A stretch of 64,000 nucleotides of DNA. It comes from Gammaproteobacteria bacterium. Lineage in GTDB: Bacteria > Pseudomonadota > Gammaproteobacteria > Pseudomonadales > Moraxellaceae. Where the stretch lies: the NCBI GenBank assembly GCA_046566745.1, contig JBKHWB010000001.1:23934-87933 (forward strand). The letters run 5' to 3'. Positions 47,455 to 57,575 of the stretch are shown in pieces. A program made the position numbers and the translations under genes. Each line of letters starts with the position of its first letter. The stretch's first letter is position 1. The notes beneath the pieces are model-generated. The model ran no database searches and had not been told where the DNA came from. It saw nothing but the letters and a program-made list of their open reading frames with translations.

Positions 47455-49449
47455 TCACGGGCGACGTGATCGCACCAGCCGCCGCAGCCGCCGGATCAGC
47501 ACTTCCGCATCGGGAGACGCGGCGCGGTAGCGCAACGACGTATACAGCAGCGCCACTGCCCTGGCCCGATCCGCCTCAGCGGGCTTCTCTGCCGCGATGC
47601 GACGGGCAAAGTCCTGGGGCGCCTCGCCCACCTCCCGCTCCACGCCGCCGCGTGCCAGCTGCTGGCAGTAGCGCAGATAAAGCCGATCAACCGGATGCAA
47701 GTGGCGCCGCCCGGCATACAGGGTCCAGAGCAGGAACCCCAGGGCCAGCACGGCGAGGAACACCACCATCACTACCAGTCGCTTGACCAGGCTGCCATCA
47801 CCCAGAAAGCGCTGCATCAGGCTGGTCTGGCTGTCCGAGTCGTAGCCGAGCACATCCTTTTGCCAACGGTAATTCACGTAGTCGGCAATCTGGCGAAGCT
47901 CTCGAAACAGGCGGTAATTGCCGTAGCGTACCGCGCTCATGCCGGAGTCGCCCCAATAGGCCGGGTCGCTGGCGAGTTGCTGGGCACCTTGCTCGATACG
48001 ATTGGGGGCCACGGCCGAGGTCGGATCCACCCTTACCCAGCCCTGCCCGGCCAACCAGACTTCGGCCCAGGCATGGGCATCAAGTTGCCGGATCTGCCAG
48101 TAATCCCCCAACGGACTCTTTTCGCCGCCCTGATAGCCCACCACCACGCGCGAAGGAATGCCGGCCGCCCGCATCAGGAACACAAAGCTCGACGCATAAT
48201 GCTCACAAAAGCCACGGCGGGTCCTGAACAGGAACTCGTCTATCCGGTTCTCGCCCAACGCGGGAGGCTCCAGCGTGTAGTAGAACGGCTCCTGGCGAAA
48301 CCACTGCAGCACATGGTTCACCAGACGCTCGTCCGTGGCGAAAGTATTGCGCCAGCGCCGGGCCTGCGCACGTGCCTGCTCGTTGCCGCCCGCCGGCAAA
48401 GCCAGGCTTTCCTGCATCAGCAATGGCGGCAGGCCGTCCACATCCAGTGCAATCCCCGGGTAGGACTCCACCTCGTACATGGTGCGGCTGAAGACCGGCG
48501 TACGGTACAAGAGTCGGAAGTCACGCGCCAAACCCACCTTGGGCGTAACCGATCGCGGCAAGGCCATGGCAAACAGCCACGGCTTGTCGGTGGCTTCCAG
48601 CGTGACGCGGTACTTGATGGAGGGCTGGCCGGGATTTTCATGCTCAACCGACCAGCCCGGCCGGTAGCTGCCCCAATCCATCATGCCCATGTACTCGGTG
48701 ACCAGACTGCTCTGGGTCCAGACCCGTCCGTCGAAGCGTGTGAGCACCAACCCCCGCCAGTACATGTCCCGGGTTGCCGGCGGCGGCCCCTGGAACTCGA
48801 CACGGAACGCCAACTCCGAGGAGCGACTCAGCGTGCTGATGTCGCCGGGGCTCATGGTGTCGCTCATCCCGGTCTTGCCACTGCCCTGCGTCAGGTTGAT
48901 GGCCCAGATGGGCGGCAAGCGGGGGAAGAACAGGAACAACACGAGCATCAGGGGAATGGCCTGCCCTACCAGCACGCCGGCGCGACGTAGCGTTTGCCCA
49001 ACCCCCACTGTCTCGCGCTGTTGCTGCACCAGTAGTGCGGACAGGATGACAATTAGCGCCAACGCCACATACACAGTGAGCAGCAGGGATTGCGAGAACA
49101 GGAATGCGGTCGAGAGAATGAAGAAATCAAGAATGGAGAGGACGAACACATCGCGGGCGTTGCGCGACTCCAGCAACTTGAGTGCCGCGCACAGAATAAG
49201 GAACGACACGCCGCCTTCCGGGCCAAACAGTGTACGGTGCGACAGGAAAACCCCGTATAACCCGGCCACCAGAAAGGCCACGCGCAACCAGAGACCCGGC
49301 GCCGGCAGGCGCTGCTCTACCACCGGCAGGCGCCAGAGGCAGGCCAGCACCACTACGCCGGACAACCAATAGGGCAACCGCTCGAACTGCGGTAGCACCA
49401 CGGCCAGCAGAGCGGCCAGTTGCCAGTATCTCACCTGAGGCGATCCCAT
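47455..49449 (-). CDS. tgpA: Transglutaminase-like membrane protein (TgpA-type: N-terminal polytopic region + transglutaminase core)
   Basis: Six or more N-terminal TM helices. Cys-core motif RRGFCEHYASSFVFLMRAAGIPSRVV. ATG 49449 forms an ATGA overlap with the DUF58 stop. Confidence 0.8.
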   Translation of the reverse strand: MGSPQVRYWQLAALLAVVLPQFERLPYWLSGVVVLACLWRLPVVEQRLPAPGLWLRVAFLVAGLYGVFLSHRTLFGPEGGVSFLILCAALKLLESRNARDVFVLSILDFFILSTAFLFSQSLLLTVYVALALIVILSALLVQQQRETVGVGQTLRRAGVLVGQAIPLMLVLFLFFPRLPPIWAINLTQGSGKTGMSDTMSPGDISTLSRSSELAFRVEFQGPPPATRDMYWRGLVLTRFDGRVWTQSSLVTEYMGMMDWGSYRPGWSVEHENPGQPSIKYRVTLEATDKPWLFAMALPRSVTPKVGLARDFRLLYRTPVFSRTMYEVESYPGIALDVDGLPPLLMQESLALPAGGNEQARAQARRWRNTFATDERLVNHVLQWFRQEPFYYTLEPPALGENRIDEFLFRTRRGFCEHYASSFVFLMRAAGIPSRVVVGYQGGEKSPLGDYWQIRQLDAHAWAEVWLAGQGWVRVDPTSAVAPNRIEQGAQQLASDPAYWGDSGMSAVRYGNYRLFRELRQIADYVNYRWQKDVLGYDSDSQTSLMQRFLGDGSLVKRLVVMVVFLAVLALGFLLWTLYAGRRHLHPVDRLYLRYCQQLARGGVEREVGEAPQDFARRIAAEKPAEADRARAVALLYTSLRYRAASPDAEVLIRRLRRLVRSRRP

Positions 49450-50426
49450 CAGCCACGCTCCCTGCCAAACAAGGCCAGCGTGTGCAAGCACTGGTCGCGG
49501 TGCTCAAGGCCGCTACCCACACCGATCTCGGTCCCGGGCAGCCGCAGGCCGTAGGCGCGCCCCTGCCGCGACAACATCAGCACCCACCAGGTCAGGCGTG
49601 ACAGGCGCGTTTCGATGGGCAGCCCCTGCAAGGCATTCCAGTCCAGGATGTCACTGCCCACTTCCTCGCTGGCATAGGTTTTGGTCAGCAGGCCCTGGCC
49701 CCGGGCCAAATGCTTCCATGACACATGCGCCAGCGGGTCACCGGGCGCAAAGGTCTTCAGTCCCTCAAAGTCATCGTGCCCGCGGGTGCGCAACTTCTCA
49801 CCCTCGCCCTCTTTACCAGGCCCGGCCGGCATCACCTCGCTGGCTTCGGGGTGCGGGTACACCACAGCGGCCATGTCCATGTCCAGCCAGGTCCAGGCCC
49901 GCAAGAATCCGATGGGATATACCGAGGACAGCCGCAGCCTCCCTGGACGAAACCAGCCACGCCGCGTCGTCGGCAGGGGCACCGTCACCTCTTGCGGGCC
50001 ATGCACCCACTCTACCGGCAGGCTGGCCCCCTCCCACTCAATCAGCAGGCTTTCATGCTCGCGCCCGCGCACGTCATCCAGGCGCAGCACAAAACCGGCC
50101 TCGTCGCCAGCAAACGCCGGCCGGGCCACCACGGCCGCCACCCGCAAGCCCGACAAATTAGCGTAAGTGTGATGGATGACGATGACGTACAACGCGCCCA
50201 GAAAAAAACACAGCCCCAGCAACAGGTTGTTGGCGTAATTGATTCCCCCCACGAACAGCGCGACCAGCACCAGCCCCGCCATCAGGCCCTGACGACTCAG
50301 GAATATGAAGATGCGGCGCTGGTTGAGCGTCACTTCCTTGACCGGGGGAATGCGCCTGTCCAGCCAGCGCAGCCAGCGTTGCCTGACAAAGCGGGAGACG
50401 GGATTCTGCATGTCAGCCGATGACAT
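49449..50426 (-). CDS. DUF58-domain protein (MoxR-associated, vWA-like)
   Basis: 325 aa with two N-terminal TM helices, positioned between the MoxR ATPase and the transglutaminase as in known moxR operons. Confidence 0.7.
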   Translation of the reverse strand: MSSADMQNPVSRFVRQRWLRWLDRRIPPVKEVTLNQRRIFIFLSRQGLMAGLVLVALFVGGINYANNLLLGLCFFLGALYVIVIHHTYANLSGLRVAAVVARPAFAGDEAGFVLRLDDVRGREHESLLIEWEGASLPVEWVHGPQEVTVPLPTTRRGWFRPGRLRLSSVYPIGFLRAWTWLDMDMAAVVYPHPEASEVMPAGPGKEGEGEKLRTRGHDDFEGLKTFAPGDPLAHVSWKHLARGQGLLTKTYASEEVGSDILDWNALQGLPIETRLSRLTWWVLMLSRQGRAYGLRLPGTEIGVGSGLEHRDQCLHTLALFGRERG

Positions 50427-51330
50427 CCACGGCCTTGAGCAACTGCGTGGTCAGGCTGTGCGCCCGCCCCTGGTCCTCTATCCCGCCCCTCAGGCGATGC
50501 TCGGCGACCGAGGGCAGCACGGCCTGGATGTCTTCGGGCACCAGGTGATCGCGCCCGGATACCAGCGCCCAGGCCTGTGCCGCCCGCAACAGCGCCAGGG
50601 TACCGCGCGGAGAGATCCCGTGGGGAAAGCCCTGGCCGGTTCGGGTATGGGCCACCAGCCGCTGCAGGTAGTCGAGCACGGCATCGCTAGCGTGCACCTT
50701 GGTCACCGCGAGCTGCCAGTCGGCCAGATCCTGCGGCGACGCCATTGGCTTGATGTTTCCGAGGAACTGGCGGCGATCCCCGCCACGGAGCAACTCGCGT
50801 TCGGCACGGGCGTCCGGATAGCCCAACTGGATGCGCATCAGGAAACGGTCCAGCTGCGACTCCGGCAACGGAAACGTGCCCATCTGCGTGGACGGATTCT
50901 GGGTGGCTATCACGAAAAACGGCTGTGGCAACTTGCGCGTAATGCCGTCCGACGTGACCTGATGCTCCTCCATCGCTTCCAGCAAGGCACTCTGGGTTTT
51001 CGGGGTGGTACGGTTGATTTCATCGGCCAGCAACAGCTGGGTAAACACGGGGCCTTCCCTGAACACGAAGTCCTGGGTTTGCGGGTTGAATATGGAGACG
51101 CCGACAATGTCCGCCGGCAACATGTCGCTGGTGAACTGGATTCGCTGGTATGACAAGCCCAGCACACGGGCGAGGGATTCGGCCAGCGTGGTCTTGCCCA
51201 TGCCAGGCAAATCCTCGATGAGCAGGTGGCCGCGGGCGAGCAGGCAGGCGAGCGCCAGCTTGAGCTGCTCTGGCTTGCCGAGAATGATGTTTCCCAGAGT
51301 CGAAAGAACAGGATTCAGTGGCGCGGTCAT
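50413..51330 (-). CDS. MoxR-family AAA+ ATPase
   Basis: Walker A LPGMGKTTLA, Walker B LLADEINR, ..FFVIATQNP... Internal ATG at 51330, so the 110-codon N-terminal extension in the ORF track is rejected. Confidence 0.85.
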   Translation of the reverse strand: MTAPLNPVLSTLGNIILGKPEQLKLALACLLARGHLLIEDLPGMGKTTLAESLARVLGLSYQRIQFTSDMLPADIVGVSIFNPQTQDFVFREGPVFTQLLLADEINRTTPKTQSALLEAMEEHQVTSDGITRKLPQPFFVIATQNPSTQMGTFPLPESQLDRFLMRIQLGYPDARAERELLRGGDRRQFLGNIKPMASPQDLADWQLAVTKVHASDAVLDYLQRLVAHTRTGQGFPHGISPRGTLALLRAAQAWALVSGRDHLVPEDIQAVLPSVAEHRLRGGIEDQGRAHSLTTQLLKAVDVIG

Positions 51331-51417
51331 GATGGTCCTGAAAATTGAAGAAACTGATGGGTCAATTTTGTTTATAGTCAAGGTTTCCGGTAACCATAGC
51401 ATCAATACTCCCTGTCC

Positions 51418-53325
51418 ATGAAACCAGCCAACCTGCACCACGTCGCTACTGCACGCGCGTTCATCGAAGCCATGTTCCCCGCTGGCACCACCCTGCCCGC
51501 CGCCGACAGCGAACGACTGCTGGCCGAGGTGGAGGCCTGGTGCGCCCGGCAAGGCGGATTGGGCAAGGGGCTGGATGCCCTGCTGACACTGCTGGATACC
51601 CGTTTCCTTGTGACACATCGCAAGCGCTTTGTCTCTGCCACACTGGCCGAACGCCAGCAATTCCTCGAGTCGCTGACCGGCATACAGGGCAACCTGCTAC
51701 AGGGGCTGTCAGCCCCCTTTCGCATGGCCCAACTGCAGGACAATGGCGTACTGGCGCGACTGGGACTGCCCAATGGCGTGCGTGTGCCTGCCAGCATTGA
51801 GTCGGCCCGGTGGCGGCAGCAGATCACCGACGTCGACCAACTGGACGGCGACGATACGCTGGAAGCGGATGTGGTCATCATCGGCACCGGTGCCGGTGGC
51901 GCCGCTGCCGCGCTGGAGCTCGCCAGCCAGGGGCTGGCTGTCGTGGTGCTGGAAGAAGGCCGCTACCACGATCGCCGCGACTTCACTGGCCGGCTTACCG
52001 AAATGGTACCGATGCTCTACCGTGCCATGGGGCTCACCGCTGCCATCGGCAACACCGTGATTCCCGTGCCCATCGGACGCAACGTGGGCGGCACCACCAC
52101 CATAAATTCCGGTACCGCCATGGCGGCACCGCCAGCAACGCTGGCACGTTGGCGAGCCAGCGGACTGCGCGACTTCACCGACGCCGAAATGACGCCTTAC
52201 AACGCCGAGGTCATGGACATCCTGCAGGTGCAGACGGCCGACCCGCGCTATGTAGGCGAAATCGGCAAGGTGATGAAGGAGGGAGCGAACCGCATCGGCT
52301 TCGTGCACACGCACGACCTGCCGCGCAATGCCGCCGGCTGTGACGGCCAGGGCCTTTGCCAGTTTGGGTGTCCGACGGACGCCAAGCAATCCACCAATGT
52401 CAGCTACATGCCGCGCGCACTGGATGCCGGCGCCTTCCTGTTCACTGGCTTGAAGGCGACCGACCTGCTGAAAAAGGGTCATGTCATCGAGGGGGTCACG
52501 GCCGAGGGCCGGACAGCAGACGGCCAACAACGCAAGATCACCGTGCGTGCCCGCGCCACCATCGTTGCCATGGGCAGCTTCCTGAGTCCGGTGTTCCTGA
52601 TGCGCAACGGCATTCGCCTGCCGCAGCTCGGACGACAGCTTTCACTTCACCCTTGCGGTGTGGCGTTGGGATACTTCCCCGATCGCACGTTTGATCACGC
52701 CCGCCGCATTCCCCAAGGCTTTGGCGTAGCCGACCTGGCCCACGAGGGGCTGATGTTTGAAGGCGGCACCATTCCCCTGCTCGGTCACGGCATGATGAAT
52801 CCGCTGGCGGGCAGCGCGTACACGCGCTTTGTCGAGAATTACCAGCACACCGCCTACTTCGGCTTCATGATCCGCGACACCTCGCGCGGTCGTGTGCGGC
52901 CAGGTCCCCATCCGGACTTTCCGCTGATTACCTACTGGATGAACAACACCGATCTCACCCTGTTCAAGCGCGGTATCCGTGAACTCTGCCGCATGTATCT
53001 GGCGGCAGGGGCCGAGGAAGTGATGATTCCAGGACTGCGCCAAATGGCAGTGGCCCGCAACGAGAAGGAAGTGGACGATTGGCTGGCAAAGGCCCGGTCA
53101 CCGCGCGACTTCACCATCACCGCCTACCACCCACTGGGCACTTGCCAGATGGGTGCAAGCACGGCACTAGGCGTCACCGACAGCTCGCATCAGGTCTTCG
53201 GTACAGAGGGGCTGTATGTGATGGACGGCTCAAGCGTACCGGGGCCGCTAGGCGTGAACCCGCAGGTGACCATCATGGCACTGGCCACCCGCGGCGCCCG
53301 CAAGCTGGGCATGAAGCTGGCCTGA
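51418..53325 (+). CDS. GMC-family FAD oxidoreductase with an N-terminal ~140-aa extension resembling the Tat small subunit at 9909..10499 (no Tat signal)
   Basis: FAD fold DVVIIGTGAGGAAAALELASQG. C-terminal ..GTCQMG..YVMDGSSVP... The body is clearly homologous to 8273..9862. Confidence 0.8.
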   Translation: MKPANLHHVATARAFIEAMFPAGTTLPAADSERLLAEVEAWCARQGGLGKGLDALLTLLDTRFLVTHRKRFVSATLAERQQFLESLTGIQGNLLQGLSAPFRMAQLQDNGVLARLGLPNGVRVPASIESARWRQQITDVDQLDGDDTLEADVVIIGTGAGGAAAALELASQGLAVVVLEEGRYHDRRDFTGRLTEMVPMLYRAMGLTAAIGNTVIPVPIGRNVGGTTTINSGTAMAAPPATLARWRASGLRDFTDAEMTPYNAEVMDILQVQTADPRYVGEIGKVMKEGANRIGFVHTHDLPRNAAGCDGQGLCQFGCPTDAKQSTNVSYMPRALDAGAFLFTGLKATDLLKKGHVIEGVTAEGRTADGQQRKITVRARATIVAMGSFLSPVFLMRNGIRLPQLGRQLSLHPCGVALGYFPDRTFDHARRIPQGFGVADLAHEGLMFEGGTIPLLGHGMMNPLAGSAYTRFVENYQHTAYFGFMIRDTSRGRVRPGPHPDFPLITYWMNNTDLTLFKRGIRELCRMYLAAGAEEVMIPGLRQMAVARNEKEVDDWLAKARSPRDFTITAYHPLGTCQMGASTALGVTDSSHQVFGTEGLYVMDGSSVPGPLGVNPQVTIMALATRGARKLGMKLA

Positions 53326-53356
53326 GGAACCAAACGTATCGCCAGCGAACGGCCCG

Positions 53357-54559
53357 CTACGTCCGGGCGAGCGCCAGCAAGCCACGTTCACAATCCTTCT
53401 GCAGGTCGCCGATGTCCTCCAGTCCAACCGCAATGCGGATCAGGCCTTCGCTGATGCCGGCAGCCGCCTTGGCTTCTGCGCTCAGGCGGCCATGCGTGGT
53501 CGTCGCGGGATGCGTGATGGTGCTCTTGGCATCACCCAGGTTGGCCGTGATGGACATGAGGCGCGTGGCATCAATGAAACGCCACGCCTCATCGCGCCCG
53601 CCCTTCAGCTCGAACGACACCACGCCCCCAAACCGTGACTGCTGACGCCGGGCCAGCTCATGCTGTGGATGCGACGGCAGCCCGGCATAGTGCACGCGCG
53701 CCACTTCGGGACGGGACTCCAGCCAGGTCGCCAGAGCCAGCGCGCTGTCGGAATGGGCGTTCATGCGCAGGCGCAGTGTTTCCAGCCCTTTCAGGAACAC
53801 CCAGGCATTGAAGGCACTCATGGTGGGGCCACAGGTGCGCACCACGCCGAACACTTCTTCCATTTCCTTCTGGCGCCCGACCACGGCACCGCCAAGACAA
53901 CGGCCCTGGCCGTCAATGTACTTGGTGGCTGAATGAATAACGATGTCCGCCCCAAGCTCCAGCGGCTTCTGCAGGGCCGGCGTGCAAAAACAGTTATCCA
54001 CCACCAACAACACACCGTGCTGATGCGCGACGTCGGCCAGCGCCGGGATGTCAGCAATCTCGCACAGCGGGTTGCTCGGTGTCTCCAGGAAAAACAGCTT
54101 TGTCTGTGGCGTGACAGCCGCTTGCCAGGCTCCGACATCGGTGAGCGGCACGAAACTGGTCTGCACGCCAAACTTCTTCATGTATTTTTCGAACAGCACG
54201 TTGGTCGTGCCGAACACACTACGCGAGCAGACCACATGATCGCCTGACTGCAGCAGGCCCATGCAAGTCGCCATGATGGCCGCCATGCCGGAGCTGGTAG
54301 CCACGGCGCGCTCCCCCCCTTCCAGGGCAGCAAGGCGCTGCTCGAACGTACGCACGGTGGGATTGGTGAAGCGGGAATAGATGTTGCCTTTCTCCGCACC
54401 ACCAAAGCGCGCGGCGGCCTGGGCAGCACTCTCGAAGACGAAAGATGAAGTCAGGAACATCGGTTCGCTGTTCTCGCCTTCCGTGGTGCGCTGCTGGCCG
54501 GCCCGCACCGCCAGGCTGTCAAACGACAAACCGGCCAGGAATTCCTCGTCTAGGCTCAT
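53357..54559 (-). CDS. metZ: O-succinylhomoserine sulfhydrylase
   Basis: 400-aa PLP enzyme (..HSATKYIDGQGR..) in the conserved position after purF. Confidence 0.85.
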   Translation of the reverse strand: MSLDEEFLAGLSFDSLAVRAGQQRTTEGENSEPMFLTSSFVFESAAQAAARFGGAEKGNIYSRFTNPTVRTFEQRLAALEGGERAVATSSGMAAIMATCMGLLQSGDHVVCSRSVFGTTNVLFEKYMKKFGVQTSFVPLTDVGAWQAAVTPQTKLFFLETPSNPLCEIADIPALADVAHQHGVLLVVDNCFCTPALQKPLELGADIVIHSATKYIDGQGRCLGGAVVGRQKEMEEVFGVVRTCGPTMSAFNAWVFLKGLETLRLRMNAHSDSALALATWLESRPEVARVHYAGLPSHPQHELARRQQSRFGGVVSFELKGGRDEAWRFIDATRLMSITANLGDAKSTITHPATTTHGRLSAEAKAAAGISEGLIRIAVGLEDIGDLQKDCERGLLALART

Positions 54560-54573
54560 GGGTGTCCTGCCGC

Positions 54574-56094
54574 TCAGTTGCCGTTGGAGAGATCGACAAT
54601 CGTGGACATGGCGGGACCCTCACCATTCTTGCGCTTCTTGGCGGCATCGTTGCGGGATGCTTGCAGCGCATCCAGGTAGTTGTCGTCGATATCGCCTGTG
54701 ACGTACTGGCCATTGAACACGGAGCAGTCAAAACCATGGATGTGCGGGTTGCCTTCCTGCGCCGCCGCAATCAGGTCGTCCAGGTTCTGGTACACGAGTT
54801 TGTCCGCCCCGATCATGGTGCACACCTCATCCTCGGTACGACCATGGGCAATCAGCTCGTCCTTGGATGGCATGTCGATGCCGTACACATTCGGATACTT
54901 CACGGCCGGGGCCGCTGATGCGAAATACACCTTGCGGGCACCGGCATCACGCGCCATCTGGATGATCTCCTTGCACGTGGTGCCGCGCACGATGGAGTCA
55001 TCCACCAGCAGCACGTTCTTGCCCTGGAATTCCAGATCGATCGGATTGAGCTTCTGCCGCACGGACTTCTTGCGCTGGTTCTGGCCCGGCATGATGAAGG
55101 TGCGGCCGATGTAACGGTTCTTCATGAAGCCTTCGCGGAACTTCACGTTGAGCTGGTTGGCCAACTCAAGGGCCGAGGTACGGCTGGTGTCCGGAATGGG
55201 AATCACCACGTCGATGTCATGGTCCGGCCATTCGTTGCGAATCTTGTTGGCCAGCTTCTCTCCCATGCGCAGGCGGGCCTTGTACACCGAGATGTTGTCC
55301 ATGATGGAGTCGGGACGGGCGAAGTAGACAAACTCGAAAATGCAGGGCATGAGCAAGGGACTGGACGCACATTGCCGCGTAAACAAATCGCCCTTGGAAT
55401 TGATGAAAACAGCCTCGCCCGGCGCAAGGTCACGCACCACGCGATAACCGAGCGAGGTTATGGCCACCGACTCCGAGGCGATGATGTACTCCTTGCCTTC
55501 GTCCGTGTCTCGCTCGCCAAACATGATCGGCCGAATGCCGTTGGGATCACGGAAGCCGATGATGCCGTAACCGGTAATCATGGCGACCACGGCATACGCC
55601 CCCTTGCAGCGGCGGTGTACCGCACTCACAGCGGCAAAAACGTCGTCTTCGGTGGGATTGAGCTTACGCAGTGCTTGCAGCTCGTGGGCAAATACGTTCA
55701 GCAGGACTTCGGAATCGGAATCGGTGTTGATGTGCCGCAGGTCCTCGCGGAACAGGTCACGGGCAATTTCATGGGCATTGGTCAGGTTGCCGTTGTGCGC
55801 CAGCGTGATGCCGTAAGGCGAGTTCACGTAAAACGGCTGGGCCTCGGCCGAACTCGACGAGCCGGCTGTCGGATACCGCACGTGGCCAATGCCGAAGTTG
55901 CCGATCAGTCGCAACATGTGACGGGTATGGAATACATCCCGCACCATGCCGTTCTCCTTGCGAAGATAGAGCCGCCCGTTGTGACAGGTCACGATGCCGG
56001 CCGCGTCTTGCCCGCGATGCTGCAACACGGTCAGCGCGTCATACAGCGCCTGGTTTACCGGTGACTTTCCCGCAATTCCCACAATACCGCACAT
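54574..56094 (-). CDS. purF: Amidophosphoribosyltransferase
   Basis: MCGIVGIAG.. Ntn Cys at the start. PRPP motif [13 protein letters not shown]. Internal ATG at 56094. Confidence 0.95.
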   Translation of the reverse strand: MCGIVGIAGKSPVNQALYDALTVLQHRGQDAAGIVTCHNGRLYLRKENGMVRDVFHTRHMLRLIGNFGIGHVRYPTAGSSSSAEAQPFYVNSPYGITLAHNGNLTNAHEIARDLFREDLRHINTDSDSEVLLNVFAHELQALRKLNPTEDDVFAAVSAVHRRCKGAYAVVAMITGYGIIGFRDPNGIRPIMFGERDTDEGKEYIIASESVAITSLGYRVVRDLAPGEAVFINSKGDLFTRQCASSPLLMPCIFEFVYFARPDSIMDNISVYKARLRMGEKLANKIRNEWPDHDIDVVIPIPDTSRTSALELANQLNVKFREGFMKNRYIGRTFIMPGQNQRKKSVRQKLNPIDLEFQGKNVLLVDDSIVRGTTCKEIIQMARDAGARKVYFASAAPAVKYPNVYGIDMPSKDELIAHGRTEDEVCTMIGADKLVYQNLDDLIAAAQEGNPHIHGFDCSVFNGQYVTGDIDDNYLDALQASRNDAAKKRKNGEGPAMSTIVDLSNGN

Positions 56095-56107
56095 AGCAAA
56101 CCTCAGA

Positions 56108-56650
56108 TCACTTGTCGTCGCCTGCTTCCGCAGGCACTTCATCTGTCTTCTTGTTGCCGACCTGCCTGGCCGCCTGCACTACCTTGTCCTTCATGTCCCT
56201 GCCCACCGCCTCGAAACGGAGAAACTCCTTCGGCAGCCTGGCGTTAGCCCACCAGGGATCACGGCTGGCAAACGGCGCCACCATGACCAGAACGGCCAGC
56301 ACCAGCAGCAGCCCCCGGGCAATACCGAATCCTGCACCGAGGAAGCGGTCCGCACCGCGCAGGCCGGCACTCTCGATCACGCTGAGCACGAGGTAACTCG
56401 CCAGCGATGCCAGCAGCAACGTGGTGACGAAAAGGCCGCCCCATGCCGCCGCCAAACGCAGGGACGGCGTGCTGATGCTGTCCGCCAGCAGCAACTCCAG
56501 CGGTCCATGGAAAAGCCGGGCAACTACATAGGCAGCCACCCAGCCAGCCAGCGAAAACGCCTCTCGGACAATGCCGCGAAAGAACCCGAGTGCCAGCGAC
56601 ATTGCGATGACGCCCAGAATGACCCAGTCAGCTGGATGAAGTGCAGCCAT
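56108..56650 (-). CDS. cvpA: Colicin V production membrane protein CvpA
   Basis: Four-TM protein ..[19 protein letters not shown].. upstream of purF. ATG at 56650. Confidence 0.85.
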   Translation of the reverse strand: MAALHPADWVILGVIAMSLALGFFRGIVREAFSLAGWVAAYVVARLFHGPLELLLADSISTPSLRLAAAWGGLFVTTLLLASLASYLVLSVIESAGLRGADRFLGAGFGIARGLLLVLAVLVMVAPFASRDPWWANARLPKEFLRFEAVGRDMKDKVVQAARQVGNKKTDEVPAEAGDDK

Positions 56651-56750
56651 GATCTTGTCCCGTAACGGTGGCAAGAGGCAGAAAAAAAGAGCGGCAGATA
56701 CCCTGCCGCCGCGATAGAAATTCTAGCATATCCGTGCCCCGTAATGGCAC

Positions 56751-57575
56751 TCAGGGCTTCCAGGCCTGCACCCACCCAGCCAGCCTGAGCTCCGGATCGG
56801 CCGCCAGTCGCTGCTTGATGGAGTCGGCCACTTCCTTGCGCAACTCCGGACCCACCAGCACCTTCCACATGCCAGACTGATGCACGAGCGTGGCGCGATA
56901 CCCCTTGGCACGAAGCCGAGCCACCAGTTCATCGGCCTTGTCGCGGGCCGACAGGCTCGCCACCTGCACTACCCATGCCTCCGGCAGGCTGGCCGCCGGC
57001 TTAACCGGCGCCGGTGTGGCGGACGCCACCGGCTTGGCAGCCAGTTCGGCTTTCTTGCGTGCTTCCAACGCTTTTCGCTCGGCTTCCAGACGCGCCTGGC
57101 GCTCCTTTTCAGCGCTTTCGCGCGCTGCCTTTTCGCGAGCCAACCGTTCTGCGTCGGCCTTTTCAGCCGACACCCCGGACGCTGTTAGCGCCGCAACCGT
57201 GGCGGCAGACGCCTTGTCGGCAGCGGACCTGGCATCCGCCGTAACAGTCGGCTGCGCCGGCGTGACCGGCGCTTCCGCCAGTGCATACGACTCGTCCGGC
57301 GGCGTGTCTTCGACCGCTGGGGCCGACGCAGGAGGCGCAACCTCATGGAAAACAGGACCGGCCTGGGCTTCATCAATCGCCTCTCCGGCCACCTTGATGT
57401 CCTTCTCCAGTTGCGGCTGCAATGCCTCGACGCCCGCCACCTGCGGTGCAGCCGGCATTTCTGGCACCACCAGTTCCGACCCGGCACCATCCAGCAGCAT
57501 GGGCAGGAACAGCGCTGCCCCTGCGATCAACACCAGCCCACCCACCAGACGCTGCTTGACTGCTTTTTCCATCAT
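56751..57575 (-). CDS. dedD: SPOR-domain cell-division protein (DedD-like)
   Basis: N-terminal TM, Ala/Glu/Pro-rich linker, C-terminal SPOR block WVVQVASLSARDKADELVARLRAKGY. Located between folC and cvpA. Confidence 0.75.
   Translation of the reverse strand: MMEKAVKQRLVGGLVLIAGAALFLPMLLDGAGSELVVPEMPAAPQVAGVEALQPQLEKDIKVAGEAIDEAQAGPVFHEVAPPASAPAVEDTPPDESYALAEAPVTPAQPTVTADARSAADKASAATVAALTASGVSAEKADAERLAREKAARESAEKERQARLEAERKALEARKKAELAAKPVASATPAPVKPAASLPEAWVVQVASLSARDKADELVARLRAKGYRATLVHQSGMWKVLVGPELRKEVADSIKQRLAADPELRLAGWVQAWKP

Noticed and set aside
50413-51660. N-terminally extended ORF-track models: MoxR +110 codons, and likewise purF, cvpA, trpA, truA, ccmB, ccmD, tamA, yegQ, tgpA
   Set aside because: The extensions run through the upstream gene or intergenic region and precede the conserved family N-termini (for example MCGIVG for PurF). 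Internal ATGs with better context were used instead.
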